A stretch of DNA of 30,549 nucleotides from Tubiluchus corallicola. Taxonomy: Eukaryota; Animalia; Priapulida. Each line of letters starts with the position of its first letter. Within the stretch, counting starts at the first letter, position 1. Position numbers and translations under genes: made by a program. The stretch covers positions 1 through 30,549 of the forward strand of contig JAQGDQ010001666.1 in assembly GCA_030141605.1 (NCBI GenBank), written 5' to 3'. Positions 1 to 11,499 of this stretch are shown in pieces. The notes under the pieces were generated by a model, which saw only the letters and a program-made list of their open reading frames with translations, was not told where the DNA came from and ran no database searches.

Positions 1-1730
1 ATAACAATGGGACGATCCTTAGAAACAAACACAGAGTAGTAGTGTTTATATATAAATAACAATGGGACGATCCTTAGACACAAACACAGAGTAGTAGTGT
101 TTATATATAAATAACAATGGGACGATCCTTAGAAACAAACACAGAGTAGTAGTGTTTATATATAAATAATAATGGGACGATCCTTAGAAACAAACACAGA
201 GTAGTAGTGTTTATATATAAATAACAATGGGAAGATCCTTAGAAACAAACACAGAGTAGTAGTGTTTATATATAAATAACAATGGGACGATCCTTAGACA
301 CAAACATAGAGTAGTAGTGTTTATATATAAATAACAATGGGAAGATCCTTAGAAACAAACATAGAGTAGTAGTGTTTATATATAAATAACAATGGGAAGA
401 TCCTTAGAAACAAACACAGAGTAGTTGTGTTTATATATAAATAACAATGGGAAGATCCTTAGAAACAAACATAGAGTAGTAGTGTTTATATATAAATAAC
501 AATGGGACGATCCTTAGAAACAAACACAGAGTAGTAGTGTTTATATATAAATAACAATGGGACGATCCTTAGAAACAAACACAGAGTAGTTGTGTTTATA
601 TATAAATAACAATGGGACGATCCTTAGAAACAAACATAGAGTAGTAGTGTTTATATATAAATAACAATGGGAAGATCCTTAGAAACAAACATAGAGTAGT
701 AGTGTTTATATATAAATAACAATGGGAAGATCCTTAGACGCAAACATAGAATAGTTGTGTTTATATATAAATAACAATGGGAAGATCCTTAGAAACAAAC
801 ATAGAGTAGTAGTGTTTACATATAAATAACAATGGGACGATCCTTAGACACAAACACAGAGTAGTAGTGTTTATATATAAATAACAATGGGACGATCCTT
901 AGAAACAAACACAGAGTAGTAGTGTTTATATATAAATAACAATGGGAAGATCCTTAGAAACAAACACAGAGTAGTAGCGTTTATATATAAATAACAATGG
1001 GACGATCCTTAGAAACAAACACAGAGTAGTAGTGTTTATATATAAATAACAATGGGACGATCCTTAGAAACAAACACAGAGTAGTAGCGTTTATATATAA
1101 ATAACAATGGGACGATCCTTAGAAACAAACATAGAGTAGTAGTGTTTATATATAAATAACAATGGGACGATCCTTAGAAACAAACACAGAGTAGTAGTGT
1201 TTATATATAAATAACAATGGGACGATCCTTAGAAACAAACACAGAGTAGTAGTGTTTATATATAAATAACAATGGGACGATCCTTAGAAACAAACACAGA
1301 GTAGTAGCGTTTATATATAAATAACAATGGGACGATCCTTAGAAACAAACACAGAGTAGTAGCGTTTACATATAAATAACAATGGGACAATCATTAGAAA
1401 CAAACACAGAGTAGTAGCGTTTATATATAAATAACAATGGGACAATCCTTAGAAACAAGCACAGAGTAGTAGCGTTTATATATAAATAACAATGGGACGA
1501 TCCTTAGAAACAAGCACAGAGTAGTAGCGTTTATATATAAATAACAATGGGACGATCCTTAGAAACAAACACAGAGTAGTAGCGTTTATATATAAATAAC
1601 AATGGGAAGATCCTTAGAAACAAACACAGAGTAGTAGCGTTTATATATAAAGAACAATGGGACAGTAATTAGAAACTAACACAGAGTATTGGTGTTTATA
1701 TATAAATAACAATGGGACAATCCTTAGAAA
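1..1730. repeat. 55-bp minisatellite, ~31 copies, truncated by window start
   Basis: Unit ATAACAATGGGACGATCCTTAGAAACAAACACAGAGTAGTAGTGTTTATATATAA recurs every 55 nt (1, 56, 111...); only point variants; last copies more diverged. Confidence 0.98.
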
Positions 1731-1753
1731 CTGGAATTGAAAAAATAATCAAT

Positions 1754-2260
1754 GAAATGCCTCAATGAAAAGGCAATAATCGATGCAAGGCAGATCATTT
1801 AGTCGTGCCTGTGTGTGTGTGTGTGTGCGTGTGCGTGCGTGCGTGCGTGTGTCTGTCCTTGCAACAAAGTCAAAACAGCTAAGTCACAGGGTGAAAAAAT
1901 GTCAAAATTAAGAGAGATAATCATCAAATTTAACACTGCACTGCGACAGAACTGGGCAACAGCTATAAATCTGTTCATTTTTGGTTCACAGGTTAAAGGT
2001 CAAGGTCACAGGGTCAAAGAATATCAATAAAATTAAAATAGAATACAACTATAGTCATCAAATTAACACAGGGACAAGTGTGGAACACGCCCTGGAAGCT
2101 TGCTAGCTTTTGGTTAAAAATGTCGAAGATAAAATTGCGGAAACCCATAGCATTTTGGGTTCAAATGTCAAAAGCCAAGGTCACAATGTCAAAATAAATG
2201 TAAAATATAATATTTTCTTAATTATTTCTTCTACACATTGGTTTTGATAACCAAGTTAAA
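1754..2260 (+). mobile_element. Degenerate HINE/DINE-1-like (Helentron-derived) non-autonomous element; boundaries approximate
   Basis: Short inverted motif TGCCT...AGGCA, then a (GT)n/(GCGT)n microsatellite at ~1811-1852, then loosely repeated cores containing ATCAAATT and AAGGTCAAGGTCACA; this layout resembles invertebrate HINE/pearl-like elements. Confidence 0.45.
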
Positions 2261-2306
2261 AGATAATTTGTTATAATGATTGACCAATTAAGGTAAAGCT
2301 ACTTAC

Positions 2307-2501
2307 AGATGTTAAATTTTCTCTTTGGGTGGACAGGAACGAGACGGGGGAAGATCTTGAAGCTCTCTTCTCGCAGGAATCAGCATCTTGTATCTCCATT
2401 GATGTCCAGTCAGCCTGCAGCTTCTGCAAGTGACCATTCTGTTCGTTCAACCCCCGTTCCAAGTTCAAGATCTGTCTGTCCTTGGATTTCAATTCCTCCA
2501 C
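2307..2501 (-). CDS. JAKMIP: JAKMIP-family coiled-coil protein, second coding exon (65 codons, VEELKSKDRQILNLERGLNEQNGHLQKL...ENLTS)
   Basis: Acceptor TTTTACTGTAATTTCAG|GTG at 2502/2501 and donor TCT|GTAAGT at 2307/2306; 195 nt, phase 0 at both ends. The peptide parallels recalled JAKMIP1 MDEIKGKDRVILALEKELGVQAGQTQKL and continues directly from the upstream exon. Confidence 0.85.
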
Positions 2502-3552
2502 CTGAAATTACAGTAAAATTACTGCATGATGAAGTAGACATTTCGTACATATGCAGTAAGTCAGTCAGTCAGTAAGCAAGCAACCAAGCAAGTAACTAAC
2601 TAAGTAATAAAGCAAGCAAGCAATTTATCTGCACCTGAAATTACAGTAAAATTACTGCATGATGAAGTAGACATTTCGTACATATGCAGTAAGTCAGTCA
2701 GTCAGTAAGTAAGTAAGCAAGCAAGTAACTAACTAAGTAATAAAGGAAGCAATTTATCCGCACCTGAAATTACAGTAAAATTACTGCATGTCGAAGTAGA
2801 CATATTGTACATATGCAGTAAGTCTGTCAGTCAGTCAATCAGTAAGCAAGCAAGCAAGTAACTAACTAAGCAATAAAGCAAGAAAGCAGTTTATCTGCAC
2901 CTGAAATTACAGTAAAATTACTGCATGTTGAAGTAGACATTTTGTACATATGCAGTAAGTCTGTCAGTCAGTCAGTCAGTAAGCAAGCGAGCAAGTAACT
3001 AACTAAGTAATAAAGCAAGCAAGCAATTTATCTGCACCTGAAATTACAGTAAAATTACTGCATGTTGAAGTAGACATTTTGTACATATGCAGTAAGTCTG
3101 TCAGTCAGTCAGTCAGTAAGCAAGCGAGCAAGTAACTAACTAAGTAATAAAGCAAGCAAGCAATTTATCTGCACCTGAAATTACAGTAAAATTACTGCAT
3201 GTTGAAGTAGACATTTTGTACATATGCAGTAAGTCTGTCAGTCAGTCAGTCAGTAAGCAAGCGAGCAAGTAACTAACTAAGTAATAAAGCAAGCAAGCAA
3301 TTTATCTGCACCTGAAATTACAGTAAAATTACTGCATGTCGAAGTAGACATATTGTACATATGCAGTAAGTCTGTCAGTCAGTCAATCAGTAAGCAAGCA
3401 AGCAAGTAACTAACTAAGCAATAAAGCAAGCAAGCAATTTATCTGCACCTGAAATTACAGTAAAATTACTGCATGTTGAAGTAGACATTTTGTACATATG
3501 CAGTAAGTCAGTCAGTCAGTTGGTCAGTCAGTCAGTAAGCAAGCAAGCAATT
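2499..3552. repeat. Tandem repeat of 129-137 bp, 8 copies, each carrying the JAKMIP 3' splice site
   Basis: CACCTGAAATTACAGTAAAATTACTGCATG starts at 2499, 2632, 2761, 2898, 3035, 3172, 3309 and 3446; internal (CAGT)n/(AAGC)n runs vary in length. Confidence 0.97.
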
Positions 3553-3695
3553 TGTCCGTAAATGCAGTTGTACAATTTACGGAGCCAATGAAACAAAATA
3601 TAGTTAAAATTAATGATAATGGCATGACAACGTGAATATATCATTAATGCCAAGAACCAATAGTGAAAACGTATCATGTGCTTGCTCCACTGTAA

Positions 3696-3821
<126 letters not shown>

Positions 3822-3867
3822 TGCAAAAATTGTGCAAAACAAGGATAGATGTGACGGGTAAAAGAAT

Positions 3868-4040
3868 GTTGAAGAGGATAGACAGACTTGCTTGTGAAGA
3901 TTTAGCTCAAAGAGATTAGAAAACACTCTGGGTTCGATTCCGAGAACACAAAGTTGAAAAGGATAGACAGACTTGCTTGTGAAGATTTAGCTCAAAGAGA
4001 TCAGAAAACACCCTGGGTTCGATTCCGACAACACAAAGTT
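3868..4040 (+). repeat. 85-bp tandem duplication, each copy with Pol III A/B-box-like motifs
   Basis: Copies start at 3868 and 3953; each has TAGCTCAAAGAG and GGGTTCGATTCC. Confidence 0.8.
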
Positions 4041-6204
4041 ATGACTGGCGTGTCACACAAGAACAATAGTCAGTTATGGATATTTTGTACAAATACAATA
4101 CTAATGAAGACACATGAATTGAACAGAATTAAGAAATGCAATAAATTAAACGAAGAAAATAAAAAAATGTACAATAAGCCTTTTCACAGTTTCGTTGTAC
4201 GCACGCGCAGTTGCTTTAGGTCAAAGGTTAAGCGTACCGCAAGAAGAACGCGTCTTGACTTTAACCGTCAAGTGATGCGTAGGTAATGCAAACCGCATTA
4301 GTTCAGTAACTTGTGAGTAAAGCAACATCGTATGCCGCATCGCTTCAGTAAGCTTAGTTGTTTCACGTGGACTTTACTTAATTATACATTATCTGTGTGT
4401 AGATGGATTTAGTAGGAGGATCTTGGTTGAGAACAAAAAAAATGAACTAGGTAAGGTTCAAGCTAGCTGTTAAAACTGTTACTATAACAACAGCATGGGC
4501 AGCAAGGCATTGTCAAGTGTACACAAATGCGTTGTTTGGTACACTTAAACTTTGACCTTTTCACGATCACCATCAATCGCTGGAAATGTGAAAAGGCTTT
4601 ATTGTGATAAAGTAAGTCCAAAGCTGCTCCAAAATGTAGCTAAAAGTTTGTCTTCAATTTTTCTCGACTCTGGGAAGAATCCAGCAATCAAGGGTAGAGT
4701 TACTCGGCTTGCAGTGAGACTGGAGCCTATATTCATTATCACAGTTGTTCTTCTAGAATAAGCCACTGAACTAGCCGAGGTGTTTTAGCTACGTTCGGGT
4801 GTAAATGCATAATGGCTGTACGAGGTAAACAGTCAGAATCGGTATGGCGAGCGAAACTTCTCGAAGTGAGTATTGAACACAGGTGGTCGCAATCCGTTCA
4901 TGCAAAGCGCGAGACCTCTCGGTTATGAACCCTGCTTCAAAACACTGTCACTTTACATGAAATAGAGTTTTATATTCAACGCACAAGATACATGCAGCCT
5001 TGTGAATAGATACATATGTAACATATCTGTACACAGGTCTTATAGCCACTGTTCACATGCTTTAGAGTTCATTCAAAACTGCCATTTACAAACCTTTGAA
5101 AAACGTGACAGAATCGTTAGCAAAACGTTAGCAGCTTCCTCACGAATCTTACTACTTAATGAATTCAAACAAGTTCAATTGATCCTGCATCCAACTAACG
5201 CAAAAATGCATTTCTTCTTCTTATCTCTCTCTTCTTCTTTCTCTTACCAAGCGCAACTAATACAACTTCGAATTAAATGCAATAAAATTTCATTTTAAGC
5301 CAGAAAACTCGAAATAAATACACATTAATCTACAACGTGTTCTCACGTTTTCTTATCTAGACTTGAATAAACAAGAAGCACTTGTACAAACAAAAAGCTT
5401 TGAACTATAAATGGCTTCTGTACAGCATCTCTGCTGCAATTTACATTAATTCACTTTGGCACGTGGGTACAAAATCTGCAAGGCTTCCCAGCACGGGCTG
5501 TTTCTAGACAAACTGCGTTTCAGGAGATACCAGATGTGCCAGAAAAAACGGCACAGCAGAAATATACTGATATCACAAAATTTGCGAGCTGAATCGAACG
5601 GAATAAAACAAAACGGAATAGAATAATAATTTGTTTTGGAACGGAACATGACAAGTATCTTAGGCTGATGACACATAATTCCAATTTTGCTACCACAAAA
5701 GATGGTTTTTCTAACATTCCAACTGATGCAAATGTATTAGTATATTTCTTATGGTTTCTTTTCGAACACCCCGTACATAATCAGACCTCATTGTTACGGC
5801 TGCGAATGGCTATAATCTCTAAACAGAATATTATTACGTAAAAATAATATGGGGAATCTTGGTGATTGATTCCGAAAGTTGGCATATCAGCAAGATACGT
5901 GTCTGAGATCAATGACGTGAGTGTCAAGGCATTGACACACTATCAACTCGTGTCAACAAACATCTACGTGTGTACGTGTGTCATGGTCATTCAGCTGCAG
6001 CGTGCAAAGATTTTTCTGCTCAAAGTCATCAATCAGAGCAACATAAAACTATGGTTTCCACTCTTGCGCACACATGACACACGCGCGTTTCTATCGCATA
6101 AATGAAAAAGCGCCGAACATCAGTATTTGATGACTATAATTAGATTACAACAAAGTAGTCGTTCACGTACTATCGTCTCCTGGCGTTAATAATTTAACCA
6201 AACG

Positions 6205-6285
6205 AAAGAGCGGAAATGACGTCATGTGACTACTCTGATGAACTTCTGAATGACGCGCAAGTTGCGCGACAGACCGGAAGCAAAT
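6205..6285. promoter_or_regulatory. Intronic promoter/enhancer-like motif cluster (ETS, CRE, E-box)
   Basis: GCGGAAAT (ETS-like) abuts a perfect CRE TGACGTCA at 6217-6224, overlapping GTCATGTGAC at 6221-6230; ACCGGAAG at 6273-6280; locally CpG-rich. Confidence 0.45.
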
Positions 6286-6420
6286 TAATTACACTAATTA
6301 ATTAAGCTCATGCTCTAATCACTTTGAACACAGCTCAGCTGTTTGAATACAACTGTCCAAACCTGTTACTGACACACGTGTATAGGCTTTACTCTATACT
6401 AATAACATGTAAAGAGTTCG

Positions 6421-6648
6421 CTTGTCTGTCTGTATGTTTGTCTGTACGTCCTGGCACGTGTATAATATCCTAACTTAAGGTGTAATGTACAGTAATAAAA
6501 TGTAGTAAGCTCGCCTGTCTGCCTGAATGTCTATCTGTCTGTCTGATGGCTTGTCTGTCTATCTGTCAGTCTGCCTGCCTGCCTGTATATCTGTCTGTCT
6601 GTTGGTTTGTCTGCTTATCTGTCTTTCTGCCTGTTTGTCTGTCTGTCT
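6421..6648. repeat. Degenerate (CTGT)n microsatellite
   Basis: Interrupted CTGT/CTGC tetramers, followed by a TA-rich stretch. Confidence 0.8.
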
Positions 6649-6794
6649 CTAAGTGTAGGTGTATAATTAATACATATATATATATGTGGTGTATATATAT
6701 AATATATTTAAGTATATATTTGTAAATAGAAATTTAGATAAAACGTGGTAAAGTAAAAAAAGTGAAGTCTGTGCATCAATTTTTAAATCTGAAC

Positions 6795-7290
6795 ATAGAA
6801 ACAAAGAAAATGTCAAGAAATCAATCAAAACAAGAAGTTGTTTGATCGTACAAACAACGATAATGTCAAGAAATCAATCAAAACAAGAAGTTGTTTGATC
6901 GTACAAACAACGATAATGTCAAGAAAGCAATCAAAACAAGAACTTGCTTGACCACACAAACAAAGAAAATGTCAAGAATGCAATCGAAACAAGAAGTTGC
7001 TTGACCACACAAACAAAGAAAATGTCAAGAATGCAATCAAAACAAGAACTTGCTTGACCACACAAACAAATACAGTGATAAGAAAGCAATCAAAACAAGA
7101 AGTTGCTTGATCATACAAACAAAGAAAATGCTAAGAATGCAATTAAAACAAGAAGTTGCTTGAACGTACAAACCAAAGGAAATGCCAAGAAAGCAAACAA
7201 CACAAGAAGTTGTTTTACTGTAGAAACAAACAAAATGTCAAGAAAGCAAACAACACAACATGTTGTTTGACCTTACAAACAAAGTAAATA
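6795..7290. repeat. 53-bp diverged minisatellite, ~9 copies
   Basis: TGTCAAGAAA(T/G)CAATCAAAACAAGAAGTTG recurs at 6811, 6864, 6917, 6970, 7023 and onward. Confidence 0.93.
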
Positions 7291-7834
7291 TTGAAAATGA
7301 TTCAAAAACGCTAAAAATACCTTCTCTTTTGCATGGAAAACCCTGTCGACGCCGCAGAGCAACACTTTGCAACACCTATGCAACATTTCACATGTAAGCA
7401 ACACCAAGACTCGAACAACTGATGGCATAATCTCACAACAGCTCACCCAACTTCACATCATTCTGACTGGTAATAACCAACGCTACTCTTCATCACTTTT
7501 ACTTCACTTCAATTCACTTTGACAGTACCTGACTTGTGATCACAGTCATCTCTCTATCACAGCCTCACTTACTAGGGCGTGATCGATATAATTTACGGGT
7601 ATTTTAGCGGAAAAGCAGAAATTACATCCCTGGCACCATTCTATAGGCCAGTTCACACCGTACATCCGCATACATTGTAGGACAGCTAGGTTAGAATAAG
7701 CTTACGTTACAATAAGCGTCTGTAACAAGCTTGTTATTGACAGGTGGGAACGGACTGCAATTTTTTCTTAGGTGAAATGAAGTTATCTGAGTTCAACCAA
7801 ATTCTTTCTCTGTCTAAGCTGTCAGAAACTTTTC

Positions 7835-8085
7835 AACTGTCATTTCTGGACAGCGAACTGTTGTTCATAAATCCAGGTTTTCCCACGGGCTTGGTCTCTG
7901 TGAAATTCCCTATCAGAAAGTTCTTCCTAACACTATTCGAGAAGAACGTCAACAGGTACCTTCTGTCACCAGCAAATTAGTAGAATGCATTCTATTTCTC
8001 TGCACATTGTTTTCATATCTGAACATTTTTACTGAATTTACATGCCAATGGGCTTGTTTGGGGCGATTAAGTGTAAAATTACTAC
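7835..8085 (+). mobile_element. Decayed non-LTR retrotransposon (CR1/L2-group) ORF C-terminal fragment
   Basis: Translates with one frameshift as RTVVHKSRF/FPRAWSL*NSLS, the post-RT SFFPRxxxLWNSL motif; alignable by eye to the inverted copy at 8285-8545. Confidence 0.65.
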
Positions 8086-8284
8086 CGCTATATCGGGAAA
8101 AATATTCTAATGTTAAAAAAGACGTTTTTTGTTTTGCGTAGCGTTTCTTTTTTGAAATTAAAAATGCATTTTATTTTCGTCTTATGATGATTTTACAACG
8201 CGACTTTGGTACTGAAGTTACAAAATGAATATTAGCGCCGAATGAAGATTATATTAATGACTATAAGCCGACATTATTGGTTAA

Positions 8285-8600
8285 TGTTTTACATGAATCG
8301 CTCCAAACAAGCCTAGTGGCATTCACGCTTAGGGACTATAGTAAAAATGTGAAGATATGAATACGAAGTCAGAAAAATTGAATTCTTGTAACTAATTCTA
8401 GTGATGGAAGTTATCTGTTGATGTTCTTCTTAAATCAAATAGGGAAATAAAAATATAATTTTCCAGCGAATTCCACAGGGAAGAAGTACGAGAGAAAAAT
8501 TTGGATTTATAAGCAACTGTTCTATAATTGGGGATGTCCAAAATAATAAAATGATAGATCTTTTGAATGAGGGCCTTTGGATTACAAGATTGCGTAAGTA
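8285..8600 (-). mobile_element. Decayed non-LTR retrotransposon (CR1/L2-group) ORF C-terminal fragment
   Basis: The ORF at 8398-8616 contains IPNYRTVAYKSKFFSRTSSLWNSL, a typical CR1/L2-type motif downstream of the RT domain. Confidence 0.75.
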
Positions 8601-8709
8601 TGTAATATGTAATCAATTATCAATCAAATCAATACGTAATTGGAAAACAATAAAAGTCTAATAAGTTAAATTGGCTTTAGTTAAGTAGAAAAAGAGCCGT
8701 GAAGTTCTA

Positions 8710-8786
8710 CTCTCTCTCTCTCTCTCTCTCTCGCTCTCTCTCTTCTCTCTCTCTTCTCTCGCTCTCTCTCTCTCTTCTCTCTCTCT

Positions 8787-8831
<45 letters not shown>

Positions 8832-8846
8832 CTCTTTTCTCTCTCA

Positions 8847-8885
<39 letters not shown>

Positions 8886-8936
8886 ATCTCTTCTCTCTCT
8901 CTCTCTCTCTCTCGCTCGCTCTTCTCTCTCTCTCAC

Positions 8937-8971
<35 letters not shown>

Positions 8972-9072
8972 CGCTCTTCTCTCTCTCTCACTCACTCTCT
9001 CTCTGTCTCTCTCTCCCTCTCCATTTGCAGCATCTCTCTCTCACTCTCTCTCTCTCTCACATACACTCTCTC
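8710..9072. repeat. (CT)n microsatellite, imperfect
   Basis: About 360 bp of CT dinucleotides; source of the SL-repeat ORFs. Confidence 0.99.
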
Positions 9073-9329
9073 TACCTCCCCCTTTCCTTTGCCAATAAGC
9101 AAACCCCCTCATAAGTATACAAAACTCTACTAAACTAGATCATCTCCACCACACATGCATGTTTATTAGAAACTAGCAACGTCCGGTGATAAACATCACA
9201 GCAACAGCTCCACTGTTTGGATGAATTCAGCGGAGCGGAAGTTGAGAAAGGCCAGTGAAACTAGTAAAGCTAACAGAGCAGCTGCTAGGAATTTCAACTG
9301 CAAACAGATCAGCGTTAAACAAGCATTGC

Positions 9330-11148
9330 ACTAGAGCAGTGGTCATTTAAAGATGCTCATTACGCAGAAGTGTTGCTTGTAAGTGCAGTTTTTTCCCTCG
9401 GGTTTTTGTGTGTGGAATTCTTTATCAGAATTTTACAGCAAACACATCTGCGTAGAACAGAGCACTGGTCACTTAAAGCTGCCCGTTTTACTGTGAAAAC
9501 GTAGATGGCTGGTATGCAGTTTTTTCACCCGGGCTTCTTGTCTGTGGAATTCTTTCCCAAATGTAGTTATCAATCTCTTTTGTATTTCATTAGCCTGTGT
9601 ATTTAATCTTAAAAAGCTTAAACGGTAAAAAAGACAATTTTAAAACATATCAAAATCAAGCCAATAAAGGTGTCATTACAGACAAATATACTAGAATTAA
9701 ATTTCATGCAAGACTAAGGTTTGCCACATTGAAGAACTTCATGGAATACAGCTACATTCACATCAAAGTGATCTGCAATGAATACACTTCGTGGAATATA
9801 GCAAAAGTTCACTAGAAAGTGATCTGAATTAAATACACTTCATAGAATACAGCAAAGTTCACTATAAAGTGATCCGCATTGAATATACCTTATGAAATAC
9901 AGCAAAAGTTCACTACAAAGTGATCTACATTGAATACATGTCATGGAATACGGCAAAAGTTCACTACAACGTGATCTGCATTGAATACTCTTCCTGAAAT
10001 ACAGCAACATTTTCTTCAAAGTGATTTACATTGAATACATTTCATGGAATACAGCAAAACTTCACTTCAAAGTGATCTGCATTGAATACTCTTCATGAAA
10101 TACAGCAAAACTTCACTACAAAGTGATCTGCATTGAATACTCTTCATGAAATACAGCAAAACTTCACTACAAAGTGATCTGCATTGAATACTCTTCATGA
10201 AATACAGCAAAACTTCACTACAAAGTGATCTACATTGAATACACTTTACGGAATACAGCAAAAACATCACTTCAAAGTGATATGCATTGAATACACTTCA
10301 CAGAATACAGCAGAAGTTCACTACAAAGTGATCTACACTGAAACCACCTCGTGGAATACAGCAAAAGCTCACTACAAAGTAAAATGGACTGAATTCACTT
10401 CATGGAATAGAGCAAAAGTTCACTCGTAAGTGATTTGCATTGAAAAACCACATTGAAGTATGACCGTTCTGTGTCTTCTGCCCCATGTGGCCAAAAGTCC
10501 AGCAGAAATCATCAATTCGAATGAAACTAACGTAAGACAATACAACTGCAACTCATACAGTTTTACTAGGACAAAAAGGGCTTCTGTGCAAAAACAAAAG
10601 TAAAGCAATTTGAAGTGGAATTTACTTTCAATTTCCGTAAATTCCTAAGTGAATCCAACAATTTCTCATGATACTCCAACAAGACAGATGACTTTGTCGG
10701 GTTTATATAATTTCCTTTAAATTTGGATAGAGGTATTTGACCTGGTGATGATTTACTCATGACTTGACATTGCTTCAGTTTTTGCTTCTTATGTTGGTTT
10801 GAGTTCTTGATTTATATGTAATTATTAGTTTTGTTTTTGATGAGTTTAAATTTTCTGTTTTGTTTGCTAATTTAAATTTTGCCTCTTCTCTTTGCCAAAT
10901 TTATTTACTGTTTCTAAATTTAAACTCATTTGAACTTGTTGCCTCATTTATTTTTATTTTATTAAGTTGCTGATTATTTTTATTTGTACATACCTTACTT
11001 GACAGGTCAGTTAATTTTCTTCAGTTTGGATAGGTGTGGTGGACTTGGTGACCCTTGGTCTTTTCCCCACCCCGTCTCTTTTCCGTCTTTATTTTAGTTT
11101 TTTGCTTTTATTTATGTTTATTTTGTAACATTCACAGACAAATAAATT

Positions 11149-11230
<82 letters not shown>
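9330..11230 (+). mobile_element. 5'-truncated decayed LINE (CR1/L2-group) 3' end, interrupted by a minisatellite
   Basis: Ordered motifs: CSFFTRASCLWNSFP (9515-9559, with a diverged duplicate at ~9340-9428), HARLR (9705-9719), CGQKSSRNHQFE* zinc-knuckle remnant (~10486-10524), T-rich 3' UTR, AATAAA at ~11141, then a (TTAC)n tail. Confidence 0.65.
9735..10447. repeat. 51-bp minisatellite, ~14 copies
   Basis: AAAGTGATCTGCATTGAATACTCTTCATGAAATACAGCAAAACTTCACTAC with period 51 (10081, 10132); central copies near-identical, edge copies diverged. Confidence 0.95.
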
Positions 11231-11231
<1 letters not shown>

Positions 11232-11330
11232 GACTGACTGACTGATTGACTGACTGACTGACTGACTGACTGAATGACTGACTGACTGACTGACTGACTG
11301 ACTGACTAACTAACTGACTGACTGACTGAT

Positions 11331-11374
<44 letters not shown>

Positions 11375-11436
11375 TGACTGACTGACTGACTGACTGACTG
11401 ACTGACTGACTGACTTACTAACTTACTTACTTACTT
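11151..11436. repeat. Compound (TTAC)n-(TGAC)n-(TTAC)n microsatellite
   Basis: Read directly from the sequence. Confidence 0.98.
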
Positions 11437-11499
11437 TGGGTAGTAAAAAAGCAAAACTTGGTTTCAGCAATAGAAAAACACGTGAGTTAATAAACTTAC

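Noticed and set aside
2632-3451. Duplicated CAG|GT sites as recursive (ratchet) splice points
   Set aside because: The regenerated donor would be GTGCAG or GTGCGG, a poor match to GTRAGT.
4552-4850. Possible extra exon or nested ORF in the intron
   Set aside because: No recognisable protein motif, no paired splice sites, and JAKMIP homology is already contiguous across the intron.
5755-5775. Tc1-like TIR end ...GAACACCCCG|TA
   Set aside because: No convincing partner TIR found.
7644-7660. GGCCAGTTCACAC, a PIF/Harbinger-like TIR start
   Set aside because: No matching inverted end seen in the window.
8699-9133. SL-rich ORFs
   Set aside because: Translations of (CT)n.
10067-10429. 17-aa repeat proteins
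   Set aside because: A consequence of the 51-bp unit being a multiple of 3; edge units contain stops and frameshifts.
11464-11499. Terminal VSLLTHVFFYC of the 235-aa ORF
   Set aside because: Intron read-through past the GTAAGT donor; homology continues in the exon at 2501.
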